Assembly: GCA_030264375.1 (NCBI GenBank)
Contig: JASCQW010000132.1
Span: 76,809,933 to 76,873,932 of the forward strand
Origin: Carcharhinus longimanus
Taxonomy: Eukaryota
Length of the DNA stretch: 64,000 nt
Reading direction: 5' to 3'
The position numbers and the translations under genes are program-made. The stretch's first letter is position 1; the number at the start of each line of letters is the position of its first letter. A model generated the notes under the pieces. It saw nothing but the letters and a program-made list of their open reading frames with translations. It had not been told where the DNA came from and did not search any database. This document shows positions 36,591-48,139 of this stretch, one piece after another.

Positions 36591-37207
36591 ATAAATTCAA
36601 TGAAATTCTCTATACTGTAACAGGCACATTTCTCATTGCACACACAAATGCTGTCAACCCAACAAATGATCTAAAGTATCCAACAAATTTATAACTCAGC
36701 AGACGCACTCGGTGACCGGTTGGATTTCTCACCAACCCATATTAGCTGAACCCCACTTCCCCTCCCAATCCTCTCAATGAATCTTTGGAGATCTAGTTTT
36801 CAAAAGATCTTGTAGCTCATGTGACTGACCCCATCTGGTTCTTTAGATGCTAAAACAGAACTCTGCAAAGGCCAGGGCAAGTGGAAAGGGCAAACCAAGC
36901 TGAGAAAATGTCTCATAGTAAAATCATTATAATCACCCCAAGAATGTAGTTAAATAGTTCTTTTCACTTAAACAAGAATGGAGAAATAACTTTATATTCA
37001 AGAGCTAGATTTTCCAAAAATGTAACTTGTTTGCATTGAGTCTGAGGCACCATCATAAAAGATATATTTCTTAGTAATGGAAATATTGCACATTAAAATG
37101 AGGATGCTAATATTATGCAGTGTCTTGAAAAGGCACCCATCAACTTCCAAAATATAACTTGTCAGTTCGGGAGACGAGGGAAGATGGTCAGGTGTCATTG
37201 AGTCAAT

Positions 37208-38233
37208 GCATGGAATCTTACCATAAAATGGCAGTGTTGTTTCCAGTGAGAAAATGGGCATATTTCTCTCCAGAGAAACATGTTGGTGTATTCTCCGAAT
37301 CTTACATCACCCTGTCAAAAAGCATCAAGGAGAATGGTTCACGCCATCATACAGGGGGCAGGGCCTCAATACACCAGCTGCACAGAAATCTTTAAAGGGG
37401 TCCCCGATCATAACCAGAAAAAATCTCCTTCCCAGAGGGGTCTTGGGGCTCCCCTTTCCATTCTCAATTGGAGTCAACACTTCTCTAGTGATATTCCCCT
37501 ACCACTCCCTCCTTCCCTCCCCGTCCTGGATGATTGCTCCCTTTTCCCCTGCTGCCCAACTTCCCCGATCATTGGCCCCTTCCCCTCCTGGATCATCAGC
37601 CCCTCCCCTCCCCCTCACCCTGAGCATTGGCTCCCTCTCTCCTGATCATCAGCCCTGTCACTCCCCCTACCCAAAGTCTGAGCTGGCACCCACCTCCACA
37701 ATCCCTCCCCTCCCTCGCCCATCCCATTGCAAGCATCCACAACTCCTCCAACTGCTTAAGGCCACCACCACATTCAAATAAATCTCCGCCTCAACCTCTG
37801 CATGAGGCTCCCACTGGGACACACCCTTTGGCACAGGTTAGCACTGCCAGGCTGACTTGGTGCCGAGGGGCACTGTCAGAGAGCATTTCCAGACAACTGT
37901 CTGGCCATGCCTCTTTAACCCAGGGGCTGTAGTTCCCTTTGCGCTCCCGGGGAGGCCTTCACTACAGATTCACATCTGTATGAACCTCTATGTGTTAAAC
38001 TGCCCTGATGTGACGTTATGCTGACATGGTGTCAATATCTGGCGAGGGGGCAGGATGATAACATTTAAGTACATTCAAATCCATGTAAAGCAGGTTCACT
38101 TCCATTAAGGATGCTGGCGAGGAGTGGGAGAAGATCTGAAATTGCGAACTCGCCAGTGAGAACTGCAGCTTCTGGATCTTGAGCCCACATTGGCATTCAC
38201 ACGAAGAGCAAACATAGGTTTAACATTGCCCTC
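37208..38233. mobile_element. Non-autonomous Harbinger-like element (~1 kb)
   Basis: Similar 5' end and C-rich interior to 46078-47127; explains the Pro/Ser-rich ORFs at 37254-37932. Confidence 0.5.
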
Positions 38234-39859
38234 ATAGGTTCTAGAGTCATACAGTACAGAAGAGACCCTTCAGCCCATCGAGTCTGCACTGACAAAACTT
38301 CATTAAATCTACACTAATCCCACTTTCCAGTACTTGGCCCATAGCTTTTAACATTATGACATTTAAAATGTTTTTTAAAGGTTGTGATATGCCTCTAATA
38401 CCCTCCCAGGCAGTACATTCCAGAATCCCACCACTCCCAACTCCAAAACACTCTTGGATGATTGTTTTGCTTTATCTTCCCTCTTTAATTTTATTTAAAG
38501 TGACCACTGCAGCACTGTTTGGCCATTCACAAATCTTTCTCCCACAACGTCTATTTGGAATTCCTGCTAGTTGGCACTGGCTGAGACAAAAGATAGGTCC
38601 CTGAGGACAGGGAGTGAAGTGGACGAGTGAATGTGGGAAAGTAACTCTGGTTCATATACAAATGCAATCCTGAAGCTATCGAGTACCGAGTAATTTTCTG
38701 CTGGGCTGCAAGCAGTCATGCCTGCATCAGTTCCAGGAAATGCCCAGCAAATCCCAGAAGAGCAGACGACTCTTGGTATAACAATGATGAAAATTGAGGT
38801 TCTCGTTCATGTGTCTGTCACCATGAATTCCAAATCCATTAGAATTTATACCTTAATCTGACTTGGTTCCACTCAGTCAACGACCAAACTATCTATTCAA
38901 TTATAAAAGCAATTGCTATCAACTTGGCCCTCTGGTGCCTTCTCAGGGCAATAAGAGATGAATGAAGTGCAGCCTTGCTAATATTGCTCATGACACAGGA
39001 ATGAATGAAACAAAAAGTTCAGGTTCATAGCATGGATGCCTATGGAAGAGGTAGCTTATGTGAGCTGTATAATTCTCTCCATTTTAGATTTTTTTTCAGC
39101 CTTGTGCAGTATTCATTGTTCAATAAGGCCAAAAAGCATTGACCTTTTGCTTATTTTGCAAAGAGGAAGAATAAGCAGTAGGTGTGGAGCTAAAATGCCA
39201 TTCTTGAACAATTACTGTTCTCTCCACTTTGCAACTATTCAATCTATCTCCTGGTGCCGTTTAGTGGGCTTATGCAAGCCCAACTCTGTTTGTCCCATTC
39301 TGTTTAGTTGTCTGATACAGTTTATACTGTACTGCCTTCACATTGGTCCCAGCATGAAACCTATTCTTAAAGTGGGATTCCTTTATGCCAAGAATAATTT
39401 GAAGCATAGAATTTGGCAGGTTGATCTTTGCAATTATATGTTGGATTGATTTAGACAACGGGGCCAACATGAACGGAGTAAAGGTCTTTTGCTTAGGAAT
39501 TAAAAGATTTACTGTTACAGGTTCAAGCCAAAATAATACAAAGCCCTCATGCAGAGTTGCAAGCTGGGTGAATGACGGTTGCTTTTAATAAGTCTTTCAG
39601 TGTGAGTAGATAGAGTTTTTGACAACAAAATCAACTTAAGTGCTGAAAATGTTTGATCTTTCAAGTTATGTCTAGTAAATATTCAGTCGACTTGTTTACA
39701 TAACTGCTGCCTTGTTCAATTCCTTCTGGGACGTGAGGATAATCTCCATCACTTAAAACATCAATTTTCAAAACAGAAAATCATTGGCCAAAATGCGACA
39801 ACCGATTAACATTTGTGCAATGGCTGGCCTCTTTACACTGAGAGGGTAATATAACCTGA

Positions 39860-40180
39860 TCGCACAATAGGAACAGTGTTCACAAGTGCCGACTTCCAGA
39901 AGCTCCTGGCCTCCAATGGAATAAAACATATCCATACAGCTCCTTACCAACTTTCATCAAATGGGCTCGCTGAACGTGCGGTCTAGGCCAAAGAAGAAGC
40001 AAACAGCTGCTTCATTAGAATCTAAAGTGACATGTTTTCTGCTAGCTTATAGGACCACCCTGCATGGCACTACTGAAATAGCTCCAGCTGAGTTGCTAAT
40101 GGGTAAATGCTTAAAGACCAGGTTGAGCCTGGTAGTTTTGAATTTGGCAGGGAGTGTGGAATCAAGGCAAGACAGCTTTC
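39860..40180 (+). mobile_element. Gypsy/Ty3 LTR-retrotransposon integrase (rve) remnant
   Basis: GTVFTSADFQKLLASNGIKHIHTAPYQLSSNGLAERAV* then FLLAYRTTLHGTTEIAPAELLMG. Confidence 0.88.
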
Positions 40181-40294
40181 ACAAGTGCCAAGTTCCAGAA
40201 GTCCCTGACCCTGAAATCCCTGTCACTGTCACCAGGGAGGCAACATACCAGCCTGGATGAGAAAGTAGGGTTCCGAACCTGTGTCCTCTGTTTG

Positions 40295-40510
40295 AACTGA
40301 GGGGAGTATGATAGGATGAGAGAAGAATTGGCAAATGTAGATTGGGGGCGCAGATTGGTTGGTAGGACTGCTGAGGAACAGTGGAGGATCTTTAAGGAGA
40401 TCTTTTTCGGTGCTCAGCAGAAATATATTCCGATGGTAAAGAAGGAATGTAGGAGAAGGGATAACCAGCCGTGGTTATCGAAGGAAATAAAGGAGAGTAT
40501 TAAATTAAAA
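40295..40510 (+). mobile_element. CR1 ORF2 linker fragment
   Basis: MREELANVDWGRRL...QWRIFKEIF..AQQKYIP...PWLSKEIKESIK. Confidence 0.85.
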
Positions 40511-40759
40511 NNNNNNNNNNNNNNNNNNNNNNNNNNNNNNNNNNNNNNNNNNNNNNNNNNNNNNNNNNNNNNNNNNNNNNNNNNNNNNNNNNNNNNNNNN
40601 NNNNNNNNNNAAAGTGGAACTGAGCCACTTCAGATCAGCCATGATCTTACTGAATGGCGGGGCAGGCTCGAAGGGCTAGATGGCCTAGATGGCCTACTCC
40701 TGCTCCTATTTCTTATGTTCTAATAGAGTCAAGTCTCCAGCCACAGAAATGCCTGTCTG

Positions 40760-41420
40760 CTCTCTTAATTAATGGATCTCCTGTTATCATTGCTCTTCCT
40801 TCCCCCACGTACATTCAAGCCATTTGTGGTGCCAGAAGCTTGACTCTGACTGCACTCCTCTGAGGTACTAGTGCCCTCATCAGCTTCCACAATGGAATAC
40901 TGATTTATGAGGGGGACCCCAGGGGATAACTGCACTACCTGCCTGTGCTTCTTGGAATGCCTAGTGGTCACCCATTCCCTTCTTTCCTCTTATCCCTTGA
41001 GCTGTGCTGTGACCACCTCTCTAAATGTGCTATCCACGTAACTTTCAGCCTCCAGCCACTGCTCAAGCTCTGAACCCGGTACTCCAGTTTCTGCAGCTGG
41101 GAGCACTCCCTGCACATGTGGTCATTACGGGCACTGGTAACATTCAAGAATCCCTATATGTGACAAGCCTCACAGTTCACTCAGCTGTCCTCACCTGACA
41201 TGTCTTAAATATAAAATTTACGCCTTAGACTAGAACAAATCTAGGTACAGATAATAAAAAACTCTTTTTCCAATGAATAATATGCTTCTTTTAGCTTCAG
41301 CTATTTAACTGCAGTCCCTAATTTCAGTTTCTCACCAACCAATCAGCTTACTGCCTTCCTGTGACATTAATCTTGGAATATTTTCAAACTCAGTGTCTTA
41401 CCAGTGGCTGTACAGGTGAA
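40760..41420 (-). mobile_element. CR1 5' UTR/ORF1 fragment
   Basis: Minus-strand ORF1-like WVTTR..K.RQVVQ.SP.VPL.NQYSI; Cys pairs near 41100-41180; parallels 29832-30300. Confidence 0.65.
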
Positions 41421-42310
41421 GCATAGAACGTAGAACACTACAGCACAAACAGGCCCTTAGGCCCTCAAGCTGCGCTGATCATATCCATACCTACCAGGCC
41501 TATCTATAACTCTCAATCCCATTAAATACCATGTACTCATCCAGAAGTCTCTTAAAAGACCCCAACGAATTTGCCTCTACCACCACCGACAGCAGGCGAT
41601 CCCACTCACTCACCACCCTCTGAGTGAAAAACTTATCCCTGACATCTCCTCTGCACCTACTCCCCAGCACTTTAAACCTGTGTCCTCTCATAGCGACCAT
41701 TTCAGCCCTGGGAAATAGCCTCCGAGAATCCACCCTATCTATTCCTCTNNNNNNNNNNNNNNNNNNNNNNNNNNNNNNNNNNNNNNNNNNNNNNNNNNNN
41801 NNNNNNNNNNNNNNNNNNNNNNNNNNNNNNNNNNNNNNNNNNNNNNNNTTACCCCTAATATCTCCTCTGTACCTACTCCCCAGCACTTTAAACCTGTGTC
41901 CTCTCATAGCAACCATTTCAGCCCTAGGAAATAGCCTCTGAAAATCCACCTGATCTATAATTCTCAACATCTTATACACCTCTATCAGGTCACCTCTCGT
42001 CCTTCGTCTCTTCAAGGAGAAAAGACCGAGTTCCCTCACCCTATCCTCATGAGGCATGCCACCCAATCTGGGCAACATCCTTGTAAATCTCCTCTGCACC
42101 TTTGCAATAGCTTCTCCATTCCTCCTGAAATGAGGCGACCAGAACTGAGCACAGTACTCCAAGTGGGGTCTGACTAGGGTCTTAAAAAGCTGCAGCATTA
42201 TCTCCCGACTCCTAAACTCCATCCCTCGATTGATGAAAGATAGTAAACTATACGCCTTCTTGACCACATCCTCCAACTGCGAGGCTGATTTAAGAGTCCT
42301 ATGGACTCAG
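41420..42310 (-). mobile_element. CR1 LINE 3' part (relatively young; spans a gap)
   Basis: ORF 41500..42276 VKKAYSLLSFINRG...LVRPHLEYCAQFWSP...FFTQRVVSEWD; ttctacgttctatg tail. Confidence 0.92.
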
Positions 42311-42923
42311 AAGCATGTCCCTCACAGGTCTGGTGCTCTCCACTGCCTGAAGCTGAGTGTTCAGGGATTGGTGCAGTTTAGACTATGAGACCTGGGAGTG
42401 AGTGGAAAGTATAGACCTGGAGACTATACATCGTGATTGCAGTGAAATGTCATGAATTAAGAACTGATGTGGATCATGTGGTGCTCTCAAAGTGGAACAG
42501 TTTTTATAGACTAAATGAAAAACTGAATGTTTTTCTTCATAATTCATTTTCTTCAAATCATTGGGATACACGGTATTATTTACGTGATTAATCTTCTTGT
42601 ATTTACAGTGTAGGTTGCTGAGCATGAGAGGATAGATCTGAGCATGTGGAGACAGATCTGAATGTGCCAGGATAGCTATTGGCGTTCTGGCTTTGAACAC
42701 ATAAAATTTGATATCAAATTATTCCATATTGAACTATTAATGTCAAATTGTCATTAAGAATATTGTGTACAATTGAAAGCAAAAATGATGTCAATATTTT
42801 CGGGTAGGGTTACAAACAACTGTTAGAATGTTTGTGACCAAGTACAAAGTGTACCAAATGGTGGGCTCAGTTCATTTTCCACTGACTGCAAAATCCAACC
42901 CATTACGCTGGAATTTATACAAT

Positions 42924-43232
42924 CATAGAATCAGAATAGCACAGAAGGAGGCCATTTGGCCCATTGAGTCTGCACTGACTCTCAAAAGGTGCATCTCACT
43001 CAGGCATAACCCCGCCACCTCATTCCCTTAACTCCATGCATTTATCCCACTAATCCCCTTCTCCTTCACTCCTGGGACCGTGGGAAGAAACTGGAGCACC
43101 TGGAGGAAACCCACTCAGACACAGGGAGAATGTGCAAACTCCACAGTCAGACAGACAGTCACCTAAGCCTGGAATCAAATCGGGGTTCCTCGTGATGTAG
43201 GTAGTAGTCCTAACCACTGTTACACCATTGCC
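42924..43232 (-). mobile_element. HE1-like V-SINE
   Basis: catagaat tail; gaaactggagcacctggaggaaaccca body; reverse A/B boxes. Confidence 0.8.
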
Positions 43233-43604
43233 ACCCAAGATAATAATTTTGCAAAATCTAAATGTCAATGAAAAAGTGATTAATATTTCCTGGTCTACTT
43301 TGGAAGATCATTATCCCCTCTATGATATCAATATATATGTCTTGATAATTCTAGACAAAATGCTTTGGAGACGGCAGAATCCTATAAATAAGTTTGCATG
43401 CTACTTTCCATTTTATTGAACAGTATAATGCAACATGTGAAATATATTCCAGTCAATTGAGAAAACATCAGGTTGCCAGTTCTGAAGAACTTGATATGTG
43501 AACTCTGTTTCTCTTTTCACAGACCTGTTGAGTATTTCCAGATCTTTCTGTTTTCATATCAGATTGTAATCATCGATAATTGTGCTTATAAGTGTCAAAT
43601 TTAA

Positions 43605-43895
43605 AAGCTAATGTTCTGGTGCCTTCGTGTTCAAATTCCACCATGGCAGATGGTGGAATTTGAACTCAATAAAAATATCTGGAATTAAGAATCTACTGAT
43701 GACCATGAAACCATTGTCAATTGTCGGAAAAACCCATCTGTTTCATAATGGCCTTTAGGAAAGGAAAACTGCCGTCCTCACCTGTTCTGGCCTACATGCG
43801 ACTCTAGAGCCACATCAATGCAGTTGACTCTCAGCTGCCCTCCAAGGACAACTAGAGATGGACATCCAGTGATGGCCATGTCCAATAACTTAATT
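43605..43895 (+). mobile_element. Deu-domain SINE (SacSINE1/AmnSINE1 superfamily)
   Basis: ggaaaggaaaactgccgtcctcacctgttctggcctacatgcgactctagagccaca...gttgactctcagctgccctc matches the Deu core as I recall it. Confidence 0.8.
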
Positions 43896-44460
43896 AAAAA
43901 AAAATCTGTTTGAGTGACTACTGTGAGAATGTTTTTCTCTTTAAGAAACAAATTATTGTTAACTTCAAAAATTCATATTTTCAAGCCATATATCCCAATG
44001 ATTTGAAGAAAATGAATTATGAAGAAAAATAGATATCCTTACAGTTTTCATTAAAGCAAGAGTTTCACTCCATAGGTCCTTTACCTCATAAAATTGGTGT
44101 TTAAAAATAATTTAAAAACATGATTTCTAGGTTATTCTATTTAAAATTATGTATGGCTACTAAATTATTATAATGCAATATTTTCGTTCCATATTAATCA
44201 CAGAAAGTGTAATAGTATGCAAGGGCCATGTCAATAAATAGCCAGTTTTGATTTTAAATTTTCATATTTGGATATAAAGTCTTGTAAAAATGGAAAATCT
44301 GTATGCATAATGTTTGCAGAGAAATGTCATGTAAATGACAAGAATAGTAAAGACCCAAGATAATTATCCACACTGTAATCAGCAGAATTCCAGTAAGTTA
44401 AAGTGTAATGTTGCTGAACTTGTTGGCATAGCTTTTGCCAAAATTTGGAGAACAGATATA

Positions 44461-44595
44461 GAGCGTGATCTTACTGGCTGTTCACGCCACACTCTGCTGC
44501 AGCAAAGTCTGAAAATTTGGAGCCCAGCCAAATCTCAGTTCACTGCAACGGGATGGGAAAATCCCACTGGAGTGAATGGCCATAATATTCTGGCC
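44461..44595. mobile_element. Harbinger-type MITE
   Basis: gagcgtgatcttac...ataatattctggcc flanked by ATA/ATA. Confidence 0.65.
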
Positions 44596-44899
44596 ATAGA
44601 ATTTTATAAAGCACAAGGAACAAAGTCAGAGCAGTAGGTTGGCTGTCAAAGTGTCTGCTAAGACATGCTGTTTCTTATTTTTCTAGATCTGGGCAAAATA
44701 ATTCAAGCATTCAAACTGAACTTTTGTAATAACTTCTTTGGTATGCATAGCCATTTTTTAATATTTTCTTGTTTTCCTCCTAACTTTCCTCAAAACAATT
44801 ACTTTTGTAAGCATTTGAATACCATATATGAGTGTTGATAAGTTGCTAATTCATGGGGGACAGTTAAGTATGATTGTGTCATGTCAGTTGTCTGCTTTA

Positions 44900-45100
44900 A
44901 TGCATTTTCCAGTTAAAGTCATTGGTCAGTGATTAGGAATGGGAACCTGGCTAATGATTCCCTCATTTTAGTCCAGAAGTCCTGAAACCAATTATGATAC
45001 CCCACCCCAAGCTTAGTTATAAGCAGCTAATTTATCACAGAACAGGAATTAAAGTGGTTCAGATGTACATCAGGCAGTATATTTATCAACTGAACCAAGG
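44900..45100 (-). mobile_element. Decayed LF-SINE-like element
   Basis: Reverse strand: ttctgtgataaattagctg...ataattggtttcagg...attagccaggttcccattcctaatcactgaccaatgac...ctggaaa. Confidence 0.6.
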
Positions 45101-46077
45101 ACCAGGATTCAAACTACCAAATGTTTTTCAATTATGTCAATCATGATGTACAATTTTGGTGTTTCTTAAATATGTAAGTTATAAAAAGATAAACTGAGGC
45201 TTTTTTTGCAATAATCTGGATAATAAAGATGCAATTTAACTAAGCTTAATACTGACAAGATTGAAAAATAGTCTGGATCATTCAGGGAACATTTTGAAAA
45301 TTCTTCAGTGTGCAGTTGTGAGAATGAATGTAATTCCTAACAAGTCAACATACACTCATATTAGCTCATTCAACAACAACTGGCAGGAAATAAATAATGA
45401 TTGGTCCACATACAACAAATAAAACACACATCCAGTTTCCTACTATAGTAGTCTCAAGAGCTTTTGAGCACACACAGACACTCATACAAATCAAAAGTGT
45501 CACACTTCATAAAACACAAGCCAAGGTGATGCTATAGTTGAGAAGAAGGGATAGCATTAAACTCAATTGAATGCATTAGCTTTTGTTAACCCTGTTAAGC
45601 TTGCTAATTAATGTATATATGATTTGCCTTTACAGTTCAAAATGAAAATATCAGCCAATTTTAATGAAATGCTCAACACTTTACATCGAGGACTGATGTG
45701 TGCGTGCTTATGTTTTCACAAGCCTATTCAAATCATCTCCATCTTACTATGCTGGTTTCTGGCTCCATGTTTGGGAGGAAGCAGAGTCACAGGTTCAGTG
45801 CTGCGAATTGTAAATGCAGACACGCACATCAGATACCAATCTAACATTGGCAGGTTTGAATTCTTTCAAAAACAAAAACATGCTGAAAATAAATTCCTAC
45901 TTCTTCTGACCTTCAAAAGTTTAAAGATGTTACAATGTGAAAATATATGCAGATATTTACACTTTTCAGGAAAACTCCAGCCCTTTTCTAGCCTCAATAG
46001 TTTTTTCATGGTTCTTCTGTTTTAATTACAAGATGCAGAACAAAATATTATTTTAAGATGTACACATTTGAGAAATA

Positions 46078-47127
46078 GGGTGGAACCTTCCTAAAATGTT
46101 TCTCAATGTCATAACCGTGTGAAAATGGGAGTCCTCTACGCTGGTCTTTTGGGCGAGTTTGGCACAGCAATCTTCTGACATTCTGTAAATTACTTTGACA
46201 GCTGGGAGCTTTGTACTGGGGGTGGTGGGGAGAGAGGTTGGGGGGTGGGGTGGGTATGGTAAAGCCAGATTCAGAATGCTCAAGTTCAATTATGTAGGGA
46301 GCCCCAATCTACTAGTGCACTCGTAGAGAGATCTCTCTCCCATCTCCGCCCCGGCATCATTGGCAGCATTGTCACTCCCCCCAAAACCAAAATGGGTTGC
46401 TGGCATCAGGCTATCAGGGCCCTCCCCATGTGTCTCCTGATGGACCCCAACATGCCCCCTCTCCCTGTCATGACCCCCCTCCCCTTGCATGGTCACCCTT
46501 CCCTTGCATAGCACCCCACTCTTGCATGCCCTCCTCTACCTGATCACCTTATTGCAGAGCTCTCCTCTGCTGACACCCCCCCTTGAAGACTGCCCCATTG
46601 CTGACCAATCCCTTGTAGAACTCCCCCCTTGCAGAGNNNNNNNNNNNNNNNNNNNNNNNNNNNNATTGTGTTTACCCCCCAGTCATAGCTCCACCCCCAC
46701 TTAGTACAGACTCCATTGGCACTGCTCCGACACACTTATAGTTCACAACTGGGCACTGCCAGAGTGCCAACTTGGCACTGCCAGGGTGCCAGATGGGCAC
46801 TGCTTGCCAATACCCTGATCACCTGGGGGTTTCAATGGTCTCTGTTCCCCTCAGCATTGCCATGGCACTTGAGCCCTGCTGCTGCAGAGCAGCATTGATT
46901 CTGTATTGACATTTTGTTGGTGAGGAGGAAAGCATCTGGGAGGGCACAAGCAGCCAGCTTTCAAATTAAGGTAATCCTATGCTATAGCTTTCGTGCCCTT
47001 TTGGGGTGCCAAGCCATTCTTACCAGCAAAACAGGCCCAGGAAGATACAAAACCTTTACCCTCGCATGCTATTTTTCTGGTTTGCTGCGCCGATCAAACA
47101 ATGTGGTGAGCTGATCAGATTGTGCCC
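46078..47127. mobile_element. Non-autonomous Harbinger-like element (~1.05 kb) with 3-bp TSD
   Basis: gggtggaaccttcc ... cagattgtgccc flanked by ATA/ATA. Confidence 0.6.
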
Positions 47128-47179
47128 ATATTATTTGCTGTTGAAGGAGGTGTCATTATTACTCAGGGAAATGCAGGCA

Positions 47180-47490
47180 CTTGGTGATCATCTAGTACAG
47201 TGGGTAGCCTCACTGTCTCTGTGTCAGAAGCTCCAGGTTTGGGTCCTACCCCAGGATTTGATGATCAAGGAAGGTGTGTTCATAATGTGGCCAAACAGAG
47301 TGTCATCCTGCAAGATCCTTCCAAACACCTAATGGCTGGCAATAAGAGAAGAAGAGAGTCCTGGTCAGCCGCTTGATATGAAGTGATGGCCCACAATCCA
47401 GAAATCCCTGGTGACTGGCTAAAGACCTTTCCTAGGACTAAGTGGCTGTGGAAGCAGAAGGAAGTCTGGCTTATGGCACCATAGGGAGAC
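47180..47490 (+). mobile_element. Unclassified tRNA-headed SINE-like element
   Basis: tagtacagtgg A-box-like and ccaggtttgggtcc B-box-like motifs; body unlike the other SINEs here. Confidence 0.4.
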
Positions 47491-48139
47491 AATTGGAATG
47501 GGGGTAGTTATACTGTTGTTAGAAAACATTATTGCTTGGGGAAAATCCTTCTATTGTTGAAGTAGTAGAAATTTCCAATTGTAACCGGAATAAAGCAACC
47601 TGTATTCATTTCATGATACTATTGTGATAGGTTACTTTTAGCTGAGAGTGCTGAAAGAGCAATGACAGTTTCTGCACTGAAACATCAGCTCTAAGTGCTG
47701 CTCAACAAACCTGACTGTCTGCTTGTATCATTGCCTCAAGGCAAGAGAACAATAGAAACAGACAATATGGAAAGACGCTAATGGATCAACCGTATCTGTG
47801 CTGGCTCTCTGTACGAACTGTCCAAATCATCTCAATCCCCGTCTCTTTCTCCTAGCTGTCCAATTTTGTTTTTCATCTTTAAGTGTATACTTCACTTTTG
47901 AGACCTCTGCCACCACCTTTTCAGTCACTACATTTCCATTCGTAATAAAAATTCCTCATCATCTTCAACCCCTCCCCAACACAGCTATTTTTATCTTAAA
48001 CTATTGTCCTCTAATTACTGACTAGAGTAGAAAAAAACAAGTAGAAAAAGTTCTCCTCCATCTATTCAATCAAAATAACTTTGTCCCAAGGAGACCAATC
48101 CCAGGTTCTTTGGCATCTCCATATAATTGAATTTCCAAT

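Larger units (their letters stand above)
42530..44029. repeat. Perfect 39-bp inverted repeat pair (42530-42568 and 43991-44029)
   Basis: tttttcttcataattcattttcttcaaatcattgggata and its exact reverse complement. Confidence 0.95.

Noticed and set aside
37254-37932. Pro/Ser-rich ORFs (also 580-1113)
   Set aside because: By-product of the C-rich interior of non-autonomous DNA elements
41630-41960. Duplicated CR1 segment across the 41749-41848 gap, giving a 258-aa ORF
   Set aside because: Scaffolding of two similar CR1 copies or an overlap across the gap; not a gene
44033-44040. ATATCCTT resembling a U12-type AT-AC donor next to the inverted-repeat arm
   Set aside because: The same octamer also occurs in repeats here (near 36476, 48421, 48501); no matching branch site or acceptor identified
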